From the NCBI RefSeq assembly GCF_024502345.1, contig NZ_JALDNN010000001.1: a DNA stretch of 64,000 nucleotides; one strand, written 5' to 3'. Positions 10,117-22,065 of the stretch are shown one piece after another (position 1 is the stretch's first letter; the number at the start of each line of letters is the position of its first letter). The position numbers and the translations under genes were made by a program. Under the pieces are notes generated by a model that was not told the DNA's origin, did not search any database, and saw nothing but the letters and a program-made list of their open reading frames with translations. The DNA is from Escherichia coli. Its GTDB lineage: Bacteria; Pseudomonadota; Gammaproteobacteria; Enterobacterales; Enterobacteriaceae.

Positions 10117-10736
10117 ATTTCCTCCACATCCACTGTCTAAAAATTATGATGGTTTATTCAGGATATTCATTCCTTAAATGTTTCCAGCAAATTAATAGAT
10201 TAAGCGAATAAATTATCCTTAGCATTCACTTTCATATCAGCATACTCCTGCTGCACAACAACTCCACTGCATGTGTCAGAAGGTTAGCATCAAATGATAA
10301 CCTGGTGAAATAGCCTGGAGACATTTAAAATATCTACATTAAGTTGTTAGGGATACTTAATGAAAAACAGAAATCACATTCATTTAATTTATAATTAAAT
10401 GATATCCCTTCCCGCAGAATGCGGGAATCACACAATCAATATTTATTCAATAAAATCTGATGATTTTAACTTGTTAACACTAAAAAACGCGCCCAGCTAT
10501 CTATTATCCTGACCCGTAAAGGCTAAAACAATAAATTCATTATAGTGATAATATTCATGTGATAGTTTGTTTGCGGCGAGAGATAATTCGCTTTTTATCA
10601 CCGAGCTTGTCCCGATAACCAGGATTAATCAGCGCAATTTTGATCTTAACCTACCGCAAAACAACCGTGCTTCATGATACAAATGGATTCTCATTATCTG
10701 AACAATACGCAGCACGTCTATGACAAAGGGCGAGTT

Positions 10737-11507
10737 ATGCAAACTGAGCAACAGCGAGCCGTAACACGGCTTTGTATCCAGTGTGGATTATTTCTTTTGC
10801 AACATGGTGCGGAAAGCGCGTTGGTTGATGAGCTTTCCTCACGACTGGGTCGGGCGCTGGGAATGGACAGTGTCGAAAGTTCTATCTCTTCGAACGCCAT
10901 AGTGCTGACAACTATTAAAGATGGGCAATGCCTGACATCGACACGTAAAAATCACGATCGCGGCATTAATATGCATGTGGTGACTGAAGTCCAGCACATT
11001 GTGATTCTTGCGGAGCATCATCTGCTGGATTACAAAGGCGTAGAGAAACGATTTAGCCAAATTCAGCCATTACGTTACCCAAGATGGCTGGTAGCCTTAA
11101 TGGTTGGCCTTTCTTGCGCCTGTTTCTGTAAACTCAGTAACGGTGGCTGGGATGGTGCCGTCATCACCTTCTTTGCCAGTACGACCGCGATGTATATCCG
11201 CCAGCTGCTGGCACAACGTCATCTTCATCCACAGATCAACTTTTGCCTTACCGCTTTCGCCGCCACCACCATTTCCGGATTGCTTTTGCAACTCCCCACT
11301 TTCAGCAATACCCCCACCATTGCGATGGCCGCCAGCGTTCTGCTGCTGGTGCCGGGCTTTCCGTTGATTAATGCCGTCGCCGATATGTTTAAAGGCCACA
11401 TCAATACCGGACTGGCACGCTGGGCGATCGCCAGTCTGCTGACACTGGCTACCTGCGTCGGCGTAGTGATGGCACTGACGATTTGGGGTCTACGCGGATG
11501 GGTGTGA
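10737..11507 (+). CDS. yjjP: Inner-membrane protein YjjP (ThrE-family exporter-like, DUF1212)
   Basis: 256 aa from the internal Met [12 protein letters not shown]...; conserved position divergent from yjjQ. Confidence 0.8.
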
Positions 11508-11971
11508 TCGAATTTCTGTTAGCGTTGGCGCAGGATATGATCCTCGCCGCCATTCCTGCGGTCGGCTTTGCGATGGTGTTCAACGTTCCCGTGCGGGCGT
11601 TACGCTGGTGTGCGCTGCTTGGCTCGATAGGTCATGGTTCCCGAATGATCTTGATGACCAGCGGGTTGAATATTGAGTGGTCAACCTTTATGGCTTCGAT
11701 GCTGGTCGGTACCATTGGTATTCAATGGTCGCGCTGGTATCTGGCGCATCCGAAAGTGTTTACCGTGGCGGCCGTTATCCCTATGTTCCCGGGCATATCG
11801 GCTTATACCGCAATGATTTCGGCGGTAAAAATCAGCCAGTTAGGTTACAGCGAACCGTTGATGATTACCCTGTTAACCAACTTTCTTACAGCTTCATCGA
11901 TTGTTGGTGCGTTATCCATCGGTCTTTCCATTCCTGGATTATGGTTGTACCGCAAGCGCCCTCGCGTATAA
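11498..11971 (+). CDS. yjjB: Inner-membrane protein YjjB (DUF3815)
   Basis: 157-aa hydrophobic ORF overlapping the yjjP stop. Confidence 0.8.
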
Positions 11972-12077
11972 AATTGCCTCGCTTAAGCACACGGATGAGA
12001 GACAGCCTCCTCTCCTCCGTGTGTTACTATAAAAGTTATCTCCCTTCTCGTTCATCGTTCCATATTTGAGAAACAGT

Positions 12078-12617
12078 ATGTCTTCCAGAGTTTTGACCCC
12101 GGACGTCGTTGGTATTGACGCCCTGGTACACGATCACCAAACCGTTCTGGCAAAAGCTGAAGGCGGTGTGGTTGCCGTATTTGCTAACAATGCCCCGGCG
12201 TTTTATGCCGTCACGCCTGCACGCCTGGCTGAACTGCTGGCGCTGGAAGAAAAGCTGGCGCGTCCGGGAAGCGATGTCGATCTGGACGATCAACTCTATC
12301 AGGAACCGCAAGCCGCTCCCGTTGCTGTACCCATGGGGAAATTCGCCATGTATCCGGACTGGCAACCCGATGCCGACTTTATCCGCCTGGCGGCGCTATG
12401 GGGCGTGGCGCTAAGAGAGCCGGTGACCACCGAAGAACTGGCCTCATTCATTGCCTACTGGCAGGCGGAAGGTAAAGTCTTTCACCATGTGCAGTGGCAA
12501 CAAAAACTGGCGCGCAGCCTGCAAATCGGTCGTGCCAGCAACGGCGGACTGCCGAAACGAGATGTGAATACGGTCAGCGAACCTGACAGCCAAATTCCAC
12601 CAGGATTCAGAGGGTAA
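12078..12617 (+). CDS. dnaT: Primosomal protein DnaT
   Basis: 179 aa from [17 protein letters not shown]...; directly precedes dnaC. Confidence 0.9.
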   Translation: MSSRVLTPDVVGIDALVHDHQTVLAKAEGGVVAVFANNAPAFYAVTPARLAELLALEEKLARPGSDVDLDDQLYQEPQAAPVAVPMGKFAMYPDWQPDADFIRLAALWGVALREPVTTEELASFIAYWQAEGKVFHHVQWQQKLARSLQIGRASNGGLPKRDVNTVSEPDSQIPPGFRG

Positions 12618-12619
12618 CG

Positions 12620-13357
12620 ATGAAAAACGTTGGCGACCTGATGCAACGCCTGCAAAAAATGATGCCTGCCCATATCAAACCTGCATTCAAAACGGGTGAA
12701 GAGCTACTGGCCTGGCAGAAAGAACAAGGGGCGATCCGCTCCGCCGCTCTCGAACGTGAAAATCGGGCGATGAAAATGCAGCGCACCTTTAACCGCTCCG
12801 GTATTCGTCCACTGCATCAGAACTGCTCCTTTGAGAACTATCGCGTTGAGTGTGAAGGGCAGATGAATGCGTTAAGCAAAGCGCGCCAGTATGTTGAAGA
12901 ATTTGACGGCAACATCGCCAGCTTCATCTTTTCTGGCAAGCCAGGAACCGGTAAAAACCATCTGGCGGCGGCAATCTGCAACGAGCTGCTGCTACGCGGT
13001 AAATCCGTATTGATCATCACCGTGGCCGATATTATGTCGGCGATGAAAGATACCTTCAGGAATAGCGGAACCAGCGAAGAACAACTGCTTAACGATCTGA
13101 GCAACGTTGATCTGCTGGTGATCGATGAGATCGGCGTGCAGACCGAATCGAAATACGAAAAAGTGATCATCAACCAGATCGTCGATCGCCGCTCTTCTTC
13201 CAAACGCCCAACCGGGATGCTGACCAACAGTAATATGGAAGAGATGACCAAGTTGCTGGGCGAACGCGTGATGGACCGTATGCGCCTGGGTAACAGTTTG
13301 TGGGTGATCTTCAACTGGGATAGCTACCGTAGCCGTGTAACAGGTAAAGAGTATTAA
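12620..13357 (+). CDS. dnaC: Helicase loader DnaC
   Basis: 245-aa ORF with Walker A GKPGTGKNHLAAA and Walker B LLVIDEIG. Confidence 0.9.
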   Translation: MKNVGDLMQRLQKMMPAHIKPAFKTGEELLAWQKEQGAIRSAALERENRAMKMQRTFNRSGIRPLHQNCSFENYRVECEGQMNALSKARQYVEEFDGNIASFIFSGKPGTGKNHLAAAICNELLLRGKSVLIITVADIMSAMKDTFRNSGTSEEQLLNDLSNVDLLVIDEIGVQTESKYEKVIINQIVDRRSSSKRPTGMLTNSNMEEMTKLLGERVMDRMRLGNSLWVIFNWDSYRSRVTGKEY

Positions 13358-13402
13358 TCCCCGTTTCTGGCGGTATACTGCGACACAATTCCACCTTGAG
13401 TA

Positions 13403-13900
13403 ATGATGATGAAAACTGTTAAACATCTTCTGTGCTGTGCCATTGCCGCCAGCGCATTAATTTCCACCGGGGTGCATGCTGCGTCCTGGAAAGATGCGCT
13501 CTCCAGCGCCGCCAGCGAACTTGGCAACCAAAACAGCACGACACAGGAAGGCGGTTGGTCGCTCGCGTCATTAACTAACTTGCTTAGCAGCGGAAACCAG
13601 GCCTTAAGCGCAGATAACATGAACAATGCCGCAGGCATTCTGCAATACTGCGCGAAGCAAAAGCTGGCGTCGGTAACCGATGCCGAAAACATCAAGAACC
13701 AGGTGCTGGAAAAGCTGGGCCTGAACAGTGAAGAGCAAAAAGAAGACACCAACTATCTGGACGGTATTCAGGGTTTGCTGAAAACCAAAGATGGTCAGCA
13801 ACTCAATCTGGATAACATCGGAACGACTCCGCTGGCAGAAAAGGTGAAAACCAAAGCCTGCGATCTGGTGTTAAAGCAGGGGCTGAACTTCATTTCCTGA
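13403..13900 (+). CDS. yjjA: Periplasmic protein YjjA (DUF2501), signal peptide
   Basis: 165-aa ORF with N-terminal signal sequence (LLCCAIAASALISTGVHA). Confidence 0.8.
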   Translation: MMMKTVKHLLCCAIAASALISTGVHAASWKDALSSAASELGNQNSTTQEGGWSLASLTNLLSSGNQALSADNMNNAAGILQYCAKQKLASVTDAENIKNQVLEKLGLNSEEQKEDTNYLDGIQGLLKTKDGQQLNLDNIGTTPLAEKVKTKACDLVLKQGLNFIS

Positions 13901-14153
13901 ACCGCGAAACGCCGCGTTTTAGCTGTTACCCGGCTGACGCGGCTCTCTCCTGCCCTTTTCCCTGCTCCTGGACGGTTTTCCCCCTGTTACACGGGAAGCG
14001 ACCGCGATCAAAAAAGTCTGTTTATAAACTAATTCCTAACAACATCGCATTTTTTTGACACTAGAATTGCAGCAATATGGCGACGCCATTACATTGTGCT
14101 TCTCAAAAAGCTTAAACGTTGGCTAAACGGCCCGGTTTAGTGAGGATCGCCCG

Positions 14154-16445
14154 TTGTCAGAACTACTCTCTTTCGCCCTTTTTCTCGCCTCTGTGCTGAT
14201 TTACGCATGGAAAGCGGGACGTAACACCTGGTGGTTTGCAGCCACGTTAACGGTGCTGGGGCTATTTGTCGTTTTAAATATCACCCTGTTTGCCAGCGAC
14301 TATTTTACTGGCGATGGTATTAACGACGCGGTTCTCTATACCTTAACCAACAGCCTGACCGGTGCTGGCGTCAGCAAATACATTTTGCCGGGTATCGGCA
14401 TTGTGCTGGGGCTGACAGCGGTGTTCGGTGCGCTGGGCTGGATCCTGCGCCGTCGTCGCCATCATCCGCACCATTTTGGTTACAGCCTGCTGGCGCTCTT
14501 ACTGGCGCTGGGTTCGGTGGACGCCAGCCCGGCATTTCGTCAGATAACGGAACTGGTGAAATCCCAGTCACGCGACGGCGACCCGGACTTTGCGGCTTAT
14601 TATAAAGAGCCGTCGAAAACTATCCCTGACCCGAAACTCAACCTGGTTTATATCTACGGCGAAAGTCTCGAGCGGACCTATTTTGATAACGAGGCTTTCC
14701 CGGATCTCACGCCTGAACTGGGCGCGTTGAAAAATGAAGGCCTGGATTTCAGCCACACGCAGCAGCTGCCGGGAACAGATTACACGATTGCGGGCATGGT
14801 GGCTTCTCAGTGCGGCATACCGCTGTTTGCCCCCTTTGAAGGCAACGCCTCCGCCTCTGTCTCCAGCTTCTTCCCGCAGAACATCTGTCTGGGAGATATC
14901 CTGAAAAACTCGGGTTATCAGAACTATTTCGTGCAGGGCGCGAATCTGCGTTTTGCCGGGAAAGATGTGTTCCTGAAGTCGCATGGCTTCGACCACTTAT
15001 ACGGCTCAGAAGAGCTGAAAAGCGTGGTAGCCGACCCGCACTATCGCAACGACTGGGGATTCTACGACGATACCGTTCTCGATGAAGCGTGGAAAAAGTT
15101 TGAAGAGCTTTCCCGCTCAGGTCAGCGATTCTCACTGTTTACCCTGACAGTCGATACCCATCACCCGGATGGTTTTATCTCTCGTACCTGTAACCGCAAA
15201 AAATATGATTTTGACGGTAAACCGAATCAGTCATTCAGCGCGGTAAGTTGCAGCCAGGAGAATATCGCGACGTTTATCAACAAAATCAAAGCGTCACCGT
15301 GGTTTAAAGATACTGTCATCGTCGTCTCTTCTGACCATTTAGCGATGAACAACACGGCGTGGAAATACCTCAATAAGCAGGATCGCAATAACCTGTTTTT
15401 TGTCATTCGTGGCGACAAGCCGCAGCAAGAGACGCTGGCAGTGAAGCGTAACACGATGGATAACGGCGCGACGGTGCTGGACATTCTCGGTGGCGATAAC
15501 TATCTCGGACTTGGTCGTAGCAGTTTATCCGGGCAGTCGATGTCGGAAATCTTCCTCAATATCAAAGAGAAAACATTGGCGTGGAAGCCAGATATCATCC
15601 GCCTGTGGAAATTCCCTAAAGAGATGAAAGAGTTCACCATCGACCAGCAGAAAAACATGATTGCCTTCTCGGGTAGCCATTTCCGTTTGCCGCTGCTGTT
15701 GCGGGTTTCAGACAAACGCGTGGAACCGCTGCCGGAAAGCGAATACTCAGCACCGCTGCGTTTCCAGCTGGCCGATTTCGCTCCACGAGACAATTTCGTC
15801 TGGGTTGACCGTTGCTACAAGATGGCACAACTCTGGGCTCCGGAACTGGCACTTTCCACCGACTGGTGTGTCTCGCAAGGGCAGCTTGGCGGTCAGCAAA
15901 TTGTTCAGCATGTTGACAAAACAACATGGAAGAGCAAGACGGCATTTAAAGATACGGTCATCGACATGGCGCGTTACAAAGGCAATGTCGATACGCTGAA
16001 GATTGTTGATAACGATATTCGCTACAAAGCCGACAGTTTCATCTTTAACGTCGCCGGTGCGCCAGAAGAGGTGAAACAGTTTAGCGGGATTTCCCGTCCG
16101 GAGTCGTGGGGCCGCTGGTCCAACGCGCAGCTGGGCGATGAAGTAAAAATCGAGTACAAGCATCCGCTGCCGAAGAAATTTGACCTGGTGATTACCGCCA
16201 AAGCATACGGCAATAACGCCAGCCGTCCTATTCCGGTACGCGTAGGCAATGAAGAACAAACTCTTGTGCTGGGCAATGAAGTGACCACCACCACACTGCA
16301 TTTCGATAACCCAACCGATGCCGACACACTGGTAATTGTGCCGCCGGAACCTGTCTCAACCAACGAAGGGAATATCCTCGGACACTCGCCGCGTAAGCTC
16401 GGGATCGGCATGGTGGAAATTAAAGTGGTAGAACGTGAAGGGTAA
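14154..16445 (+). CDS. opgB: Phosphoglycerol transferase I (OPG biosynthesis), TTG start
   Basis: 763-aa ORF, N-terminal TM helices plus sulfatase-like domain; the ORF begins with TTG at 14154. Confidence 0.85.
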   Translation: MSELLSFALFLASVLIYAWKAGRNTWWFAATLTVLGLFVVLNITLFASDYFTGDGINDAVLYTLTNSLTGAGVSKYILPGIGIVLGLTAVFGALGWILRRRRHHPHHFGYSLLALLLALGSVDASPAFRQITELVKSQSRDGDPDFAAYYKEPSKTIPDPKLNLVYIYGESLERTYFDNEAFPDLTPELGALKNEGLDFSHTQQLPGTDYTIAGMVASQCGIPLFAPFEGNASASVSSFFPQNICLGDILKNSGYQNYFVQGANLRFAGKDVFLKSHGFDHLYGSEELKSVVADPHYRNDWGFYDDTVLDEAWKKFEELSRSGQRFSLFTLTVDTHHPDGFISRTCNRKKYDFDGKPNQSFSAVSCSQENIATFINKIKASPWFKDTVIVVSSDHLAMNNTAWKYLNKQDRNNLFFVIRGDKPQQETLAVKRNTMDNGATVLDILGGDNYLGLGRSSLSGQSMSEIFLNIKEKTLAWKPDIIRLWKFPKEMKEFTIDQQKNMIAFSGSHFRLPLLLRVSDKRVEPLPESEYSAPLRFQLADFAPRDNFVWVDRCYKMAQLWAPELALSTDWCVSQGQLGGQQIVQHVDKTTWKSKTAFKDTVIDMARYKGNVDTLKIVDNDIRYKADSFIFNVAGAPEEVKQFSGISRPESWGRWSNAQLGDEVKIEYKHPLPKKFDLVITAKAYGNNASRPIPVRVGNEEQTLVLGNEVTTTTLHFDNPTDADTLVIVPPEPVSTNEGNILGHSPRKLGIGMVEIKVVEREG

Positions 16446-16457
16446 TTCCTGACTGAT

Positions 16458-16486
16458 GTGTAGGTCGCATAGGGTGCGACCTACAC
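16458..16486. repeat. 12-bp perfect inverted repeat (gtgtaggtcgca / tgcgacctacac, 5-nt spacer) between convergent opgB and lgoD
   Basis: Read directly; a strong hairpin but no adjacent T run on either strand. Confidence 0.5.
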
Positions 16487-16582
16487 ACCTTCTCCGGCTT
16501 ACAACACATTATTAAGAAACCAAAAAAACAGCGCCCAACACTTCCCCGGACGCTGCATGGCAACTTTAATAATCTCGCCTTA

Positions 16583-17605
16583 TCAGAAAGTAATTACGCC
16601 TTTAATTAACTCACGATTGTTAATCACATCGCGCTCGTAGGTTTCTGCCAGCGTGGCGAACGGATAGCGATGGGTTAACATCATGTCAGCAGTGATTTTT
16701 CCTTCCGCCATCAGTCGACCGACTTTAGCAAAATCTTCCGGCGTGGCGTTGCGGCTACCCATCATCGTCGTTTCTTTTTTATGGAATTCAGGATCGGAGA
16801 ACTGCAACTCTCCTTTAAACAGGCCGACAAATACCACCGTGCCGCCGTGACGAATCAGATTCACGGTGTTATTCATCGCATGTTGATTACCTGTCGCGTC
16901 GATCACTTTCTGCGCCAGCCAACCACCAAACTGCGCCCGCAGCTGCGCGTCAAAATCTTCGGCTGATGGGTCCAGCACGGGCAACTCCAGACGCGTTGCC
17001 ACATGTTCACGGCGCGCCGGACTGGTATCCGCCACCACCACCTGTGCGCCATCAGCTTTAGCGATTGCCGCCGCGCCCAGACCGATTGGCCCCGCCCCGA
17101 CCACCAGCACCTGCTCGCCGGGAGCAATGGCTGCGCGACGCACCGCATGAGCGCTAATAGCGAAAGGTTCAATCAATGCGGCCGCCTGCGGGTCAATACC
17201 GTCTGCGGGCAAAATGTTCGCCACCGGCACGCTCAAATACTCACTAAAACCGCCATCCTGATGCACGCCGATGACTGAAATTTTTTCACAGCAATTGGTA
17301 CGCCCGCTTTTACACGCCGGGCATTGCTGACAGGCAACATAAGGGATCACAGCAACTTGCTGACCATTTTTAAGATCAGCAATATTTTTACCCAGCCCAA
17401 CAATCTCCCCACATATTTCATGGCCTAAAACCCGTGGATAACTAAAAAATGGTTGATTTCCACCCCAGGCATGAATATCGGTACCGCAAATCCCGACAGA
17501 CTTAATTTTTATTAATGCTTCATTGTCACCCGGAATAGGTATCTCACGTTGTTTCCAGACTAATTCTTTCGGCTGCTGGCAAATTAAAACATTCATCGTA
17601 GACAT
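16583..17605 (-). CDS. lgoD: L-galactonate-5-dehydrogenase (Zn-dependent medium-chain ADH family)
   Basis: 340 aa from MSTMNVLI...; GHEICGEIV zinc-ADH motif and Rossmann GAGPIGLG. Confidence 0.85.
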   Translation of the reverse strand: MSTMNVLICQQPKELVWKQREIPIPGDNEALIKIKSVGICGTDIHAWGGNQPFFSYPRVLGHEICGEIVGLGKNIADLKNGQQVAVIPYVACQQCPACKSGRTNCCEKISVIGVHQDGGFSEYLSVPVANILPADGIDPQAAALIEPFAISAHAVRRAAIAPGEQVLVVGAGPIGLGAAAIAKADGAQVVVADTSPARREHVATRLELPVLDPSAEDFDAQLRAQFGGWLAQKVIDATGNQHAMNNTVNLIRHGGTVVFVGLFKGELQFSDPEFHKKETTMMGSRNATPEDFAKVGRLMAEGKITADMMLTHRYPFATLAETYERDVINNRELIKGVITF

Positions 17606-17743
17606 GATTCGGCTCTCCATTTTTTGTTGCCTTAGATATCAATGAAAATGAAAAATGGCAGCGGAACGGAAAATCTGTTTTGTGAAAACACACGCATAAA
17701 AATGTTTTAAATCGGGTTTTAATGGACTCACAAGGAGGAAAAT

Positions 17744-18658
17744 ATGAGTCGTTCACAAAATTTACGCCACAATGTGATTAACCAGGTCATTGATGATATG
17801 GCGCGGGGTCATATCCCTTCCCCGCTTCCATCGCAAAGTGCGCTGGCGGAAATGTACAACATCAGCCGCACTACAGTGCGTCATATTCTCAGCCACTTAC
17901 GCGAATGCGGCGTCTTAACGCAGGTTGGAAACGACTATGTTATTGCGCGTAAACCTGACCATGATGACGGTTTCGCCTGTACTACCGCTTCAATGAGTGA
18001 ACAAAACAAAGTGTTTGAGCAGGCTTTTTTCACGATGATAAACCAGCGTCAGTTACGCCCTGGGGAAACTTTTTCTGAACTACAACTGGCTCGGGCCGCG
18101 GGTGTCAGCCCGGTGGTTGTAAGAGAATATCTTTTAAAATTCGGCCGTTATAATCTTATTCAAAGCGAAAAGCGCGGCCAGTGGAGCATGAAGCAATTCG
18201 ATCAATCCTACGCCGAGCAGCTGTTTGAGCTACGCGAAATGCTCGAAACACATTCACTTCAGCACTTTCTCAACCTGCCTGATCATGATCCCCGCTGGCT
18301 GCAGGCGAAAACCATGCTCGAACGTCATCGGCTACTGCGTGACAACATAGGCAATAGCTTTCGCATGTTCTCGCAACTTGACAGAGATTTTCACTCCTTA
18401 CTGCTTTCAGCTGCCGACAATATCTTTTTTGATCAATCGCTTGAGATCATCTCAGTCATCTTTCATTTTCACTATCAATGGGACGAAAGCGATCTTAAAC
18501 AGCGCAATATCATTGCCGTCGATGAGCATATGACCATTCTCAGCGCTCTGATTTGCCGCAGTGACCTTGATGCCACCCTTGCGCTCCGTAACCATTTGAA
18601 TTCAGCTAAACAATCAATGATTCGATCCATTAATGAGAACACGCGTTATGCTCATTAA
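17744..18658 (+). CDS. lgoR: GntR-family regulator of L-galactonate utilisation
   Basis: 304-aa ORF with N-terminal GntR-type winged HTH. Confidence 0.8.
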   Translation: MSRSQNLRHNVINQVIDDMARGHIPSPLPSQSALAEMYNISRTTVRHILSHLRECGVLTQVGNDYVIARKPDHDDGFACTTASMSEQNKVFEQAFFTMINQRQLRPGETFSELQLARAAGVSPVVVREYLLKFGRYNLIQSEKRGQWSMKQFDQSYAEQLFELREMLETHSLQHFLNLPDHDPRWLQAKTMLERHRLLRDNIGNSFRMFSQLDRDFHSLLLSAADNIFFDQSLEIISVIFHFHYQWDESDLKQRNIIAVDEHMTILSALICRSDLDATLALRNHLNSAKQSMIRSINENTRYAH

Positions 18659-18872
18659 GTACGGATTAAAAACAGCAAACTATTAGCGGGTGCACGGTTT
18701 TATCAAAAGATAAATACCGGGAAATTCCCGCTTACCTATGCTCACAATCAGTCGACTAAAAATGTTTTTGTGAGCGGTAGTAAAGTCCTAAAACTTTAAC
18801 CTGCCGTTAATGTCAACCTTGCGTAATGCACAATTACGTAAACAATTAAAATTATAAATACAGGAGTCCGGC

Positions 18873-20234
18873 GTGGAAAAAGAAAATATCACCCTCGATC
18901 CGCGTTCTTCATTTACTCCATCTTCGTCGGCAGATATTCCCGTGCCACCAGATGGATTAGTTCAACGCAGTACCCGAATTAAACGCATTCAAACCACCGC
19001 CATGTTGTTATTATTTTTTGCGGCGGTAATCAATTATCTCGACCGCAGTTCGCTGTCGGTAGCAAATTTAACGATTCGTGAAGAATTGGGATTAAGTGCC
19101 ACCGAAATCGGCGCTTTGCTCTCCGTGTTTTCACTCGCTTACGGCATTGCGCAACTTCCTTGCGGCCCACTATTGGATCGTAAAGGCCCACGCCTGATGC
19201 TGGGACTGGGGATGTTCTTCTGGTCACTGTTCCAGGCCATGTCTGGCATGGTGCACAGCTTTACGCAGTTCGTGTTGGTGCGTATCGGTATGGGGATTGG
19301 TGAAGCGCCGATGAACCCATGCGGTGTAAAAGTCATTAACGACTGGTTCAACATCAAAGAGCGCGGACGCCCGATGGGCTTCTTCAACGCAGCTTCTACC
19401 ATTGGCGTTGCCGTAAGCCCACCGATTCTGGCGGCGATGATGCTGGTGATGGGCTGGCGCGGGATGTTTATTACCATTGGTGTACTGGGGATTTTTCTCG
19501 CCATCGGCTGGTATATGCTCTATCGCAACCGCGAGCACGTAGAACTGACTGCCGTTGAACAAGCTTATCTCAATGCAGGTAGCGTCAATGCCCGCCGAGA
19601 TCCGCTCAGTTTTGCCGAATGGCGCAGCCTGTTCCGTAACCGCACAATGTGGGGAATGATGCTCGGATTCAGTGGCATCAACTACACTGCGTGGCTGTAT
19701 CTGGCCTGGCTTCCTGGTTACCTGCAAACAGCCTATAACCTGGATTTAAAAAGCACAGGGTTGATGGCGGCTATCCCTTTCCTGTTTGGGGCTGCCGGGA
19801 TGCTGGTCAACGGTTACGTTACTGACTGGCTGGTCAAAGGGGGAATGGCTCCGATTAAAAGCCGTAAGATCTGCATTATTGCCGGGATGTTCTGTTCTGC
19901 CGCCTTTACGCTGATAGTACCACAAGCGACAACATCCATGATGGCGGTTCTGCTGATTGGCATGGCACTGTTCTGTATTCACTTTGCCGGAACATCCTGC
20001 TGGGGCTTGATCCACGTCGCAGTTGCTTCTCGCATGACTGCGTCGGTGGGCAGTATCCAGAACTTTGCCAGCTTCATCTGCGCCTCTTTCGCGCCGATCA
20101 TTACTGGTTTTATTGTTGATACAACCCACTCATTCCGTCTGGCACTAATCATTTGCGGTTGCGTCACCGCAGCGGGAGCACTGGCGTACATCTTCCTGGT
20201 TCGTCAGCCGATCAACGACCCGCGTAAAGATTAA
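18873..20234 (+). CDS. lgoT: L-galactonate:H+ symporter (MFS), GTG start
   Basis: 453-aa 12-TM MFS ORF; caggag SD upstream of GTG at 18873. Confidence 0.8.
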   Translation: MEKENITLDPRSSFTPSSSADIPVPPDGLVQRSTRIKRIQTTAMLLLFFAAVINYLDRSSLSVANLTIREELGLSATEIGALLSVFSLAYGIAQLPCGPLLDRKGPRLMLGLGMFFWSLFQAMSGMVHSFTQFVLVRIGMGIGEAPMNPCGVKVINDWFNIKERGRPMGFFNAASTIGVAVSPPILAAMMLVMGWRGMFITIGVLGIFLAIGWYMLYRNREHVELTAVEQAYLNAGSVNARRDPLSFAEWRSLFRNRTMWGMMLGFSGINYTAWLYLAWLPGYLQTAYNLDLKSTGLMAAIPFLFGAAGMLVNGYVTDWLVKGGMAPIKSRKICIIAGMFCSAAFTLIVPQATTSMMAVLLIGMALFCIHFAGTSCWGLIHVAVASRMTASVGSIQNFASFICASFAPIITGFIVDTTHSFRLALIICGCVTAAGALAYIFLVRQPINDPRKD

Positions 20235-20282
20235 ACTCCCTATGCCCGATAACATTTTGCTTATCGGGCATTTTTATGGCGA

Positions 20283-21947
20283 TTAAAACGTTTCCCAGTT
20301 CTCCCCGCTATCTGCCACTGCCATTTTACGCGGCGTAGCTGGCGTCACGGTTTTTACCACAGCCGATGTTTCACGCTGCTGTTGCTGCTGTTGCTGAATC
20401 CGGAACACTGCCACAGCTTCGGTCAGGCGACTGGCCTGCTCTTCCAGCGCGGCGGCGGCAGCGGCAGACTCTTCCACCAGCGCGGCGTTCTGTTGAGTTA
20501 CCCGGTCCATCTCAGCAACCGCTAAGCCAACCTGATCGATACCACGGCTCTGCTCATCAGAAGCAGAAGCTATTTCGCCCATAATGTCCGTCACGCGGGT
20601 CACGGCGCTGACAATCTCCGCCATTGTTTCCCCGGCGCTTTCGACCAGCGTAGAGCCAACATCCACTTTCCCCACCGAGTCTTCAATCAGGCTTTTAATT
20701 TCACGAGCCGCCTGGGCGCTACGCTGGGCCAGATTACGCACTTCTCCCGCAACCACCGCAAAACCACGTCCTTGCTCACCCGCACGCGCAGCCTCAACCG
20801 CCGCGTTCAAAGCCAGAATATTGGTCTGGAAGGCAATGCCGTCAATTACGCTGATAATATCGGCGATTTTCTGCGAACTAGTGGAGATATCGCGCATAGT
20901 CTGCACCACGTTATCCACCACTTTGCCGCCGCGTTGCGCCGTTTCAGAAGCACTTAACGCCAGGTGGCTGGCCTGGCGCGCATTCTCGGCGTTCTGTTTC
21001 ACCGTTGCGGTCAGTTGCTCCATGCTGGCTGCCGTCTCTTCCAGCGAAGCGGCCTGTTGCTCGGTGCGCGAAGAGAGATCGTTATTACCGGTAGCGATTT
21101 CGCTGGCACCGCTATAGATGGCATTGGCCCCGTTGCGCACATCACCGACGGTACGCATCAGTTCTCCCTGCATATGGCGCAAACTCTCTGCCAGTTGCCC
21201 CATCTCATTAGAGCCATCCACCTCAATCGGTTTCACCAGATCGCCGCCTGCAATATGACGGATGCTGTCAATCAGGCGATTCATTGGCGCTACCAGCGAG
21301 GCTTTAATACCGAACCAGACGGCGAAGATGACCGCCAGTACGACGATCATCACGCCCACCAGAATCCACATCGCCTGGCTGTAGGAGGCATTGTTATCGC
21401 TGACGGCGATATCATAGAGCCGATCGTTTTGCTCCATGTAAGCCACATACTGCTTCTCGAAACCGTCTTGATATCCCTGGGTCGGCTGATCAAAGAACTC
21501 GTTGATTTTGCCTGCACCTAACAGTTGGATCAGCTCCGCCAGCGCATTGTGATAAATATCGTAATTACGTTTGCTCTCTGCCGCTGCGGCGGTGCTCTGA
21601 CGCGGGTCACGCGGCAACGCTTCGTAATCCACCCAGTTTTTTTCCGCCTGTTTCAACGAAATACTGGCACTCTGCATCAGCTCAGCAACGGTTGAACCGC
21701 TACCAATATTATTCTGATCCATCATGTAGCGGATACCCGCGCGGTTGAGGGTGTTACGCGTCTGCAACAACGCGACCCAGCTGCCATTCAGCGTGGATTG
21801 CTGCTGGCGAATGGTTTGTAAAACAGTGAAATTTTCTTTGTCATTCTTTAAGGCATTAAAGAACAGACCGCCTGATGTCAGTTGTAAAAGGCCAAAAACG
21901 GCCAAAACCAGCAGTAAGCTGGTCACGATCTTGATACGTTTTAACAT
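20283..21947 (-). CDS. tsr: Methyl-accepting chemotaxis protein I (serine chemoreceptor)
   Basis: 554-aa ORF with two TM segments, HAMP, methylation helices and C-terminal NWETF pentapeptide; the linker carries seven consecutive Gln codons. Confidence 0.9.
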   Translation of the reverse strand: MLKRIKIVTSLLLVLAVFGLLQLTSGGLFFNALKNDKENFTVLQTIRQQQSTLNGSWVALLQTRNTLNRAGIRYMMDQNNIGSGSTVAELMQSASISLKQAEKNWVDYEALPRDPRQSTAAAAESKRNYDIYHNALAELIQLLGAGKINEFFDQPTQGYQDGFEKQYVAYMEQNDRLYDIAVSDNNASYSQAMWILVGVMIVVLAVIFAVWFGIKASLVAPMNRLIDSIRHIAGGDLVKPIEVDGSNEMGQLAESLRHMQGELMRTVGDVRNGANAIYSGASEIATGNNDLSSRTEQQAASLEETAASMEQLTATVKQNAENARQASHLALSASETAQRGGKVVDNVVQTMRDISTSSQKIADIISVIDGIAFQTNILALNAAVEAARAGEQGRGFAVVAGEVRNLAQRSAQAAREIKSLIEDSVGKVDVGSTLVESAGETMAEIVSAVTRVTDIMGEIASASDEQSRGIDQVGLAVAEMDRVTQQNAALVEESAAAAAALEEQASRLTEAVAVFRIQQQQQQQRETSAVVKTVTPATPRKMAVADSGENWETF

Positions 21948-22065
21948 GGTTTCTCTTTCCTGTGGACCGATGCAAGATTTTCGGCCTGGAAAGCAAAAAC
22001 TTTATGAAAAGGTGTAACCCGCCATCCATGGAAAAACCAGGCGCTGGTTATCAGATACTAAAAAG

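Noticed and set aside
12838-13426. Minus-strand ORFs of 158 and 144 aa overlapping dnaC
   Set aside because: Antisense to dnaC, a well-conserved essential gene.
14371-16411. Multiple antisense and alternative-frame ORFs within opgB
   Set aside because: All lie inside the 763-aa opgB ORF on the opposite strand or an alternative frame, with low-complexity products.
20584-21521. Plus-strand ORFs of 177 and 185 aa overlapping tsr
   Set aside because: Antisense to the conserved tsr coding region; Ala/Arg-rich artefactual frames.
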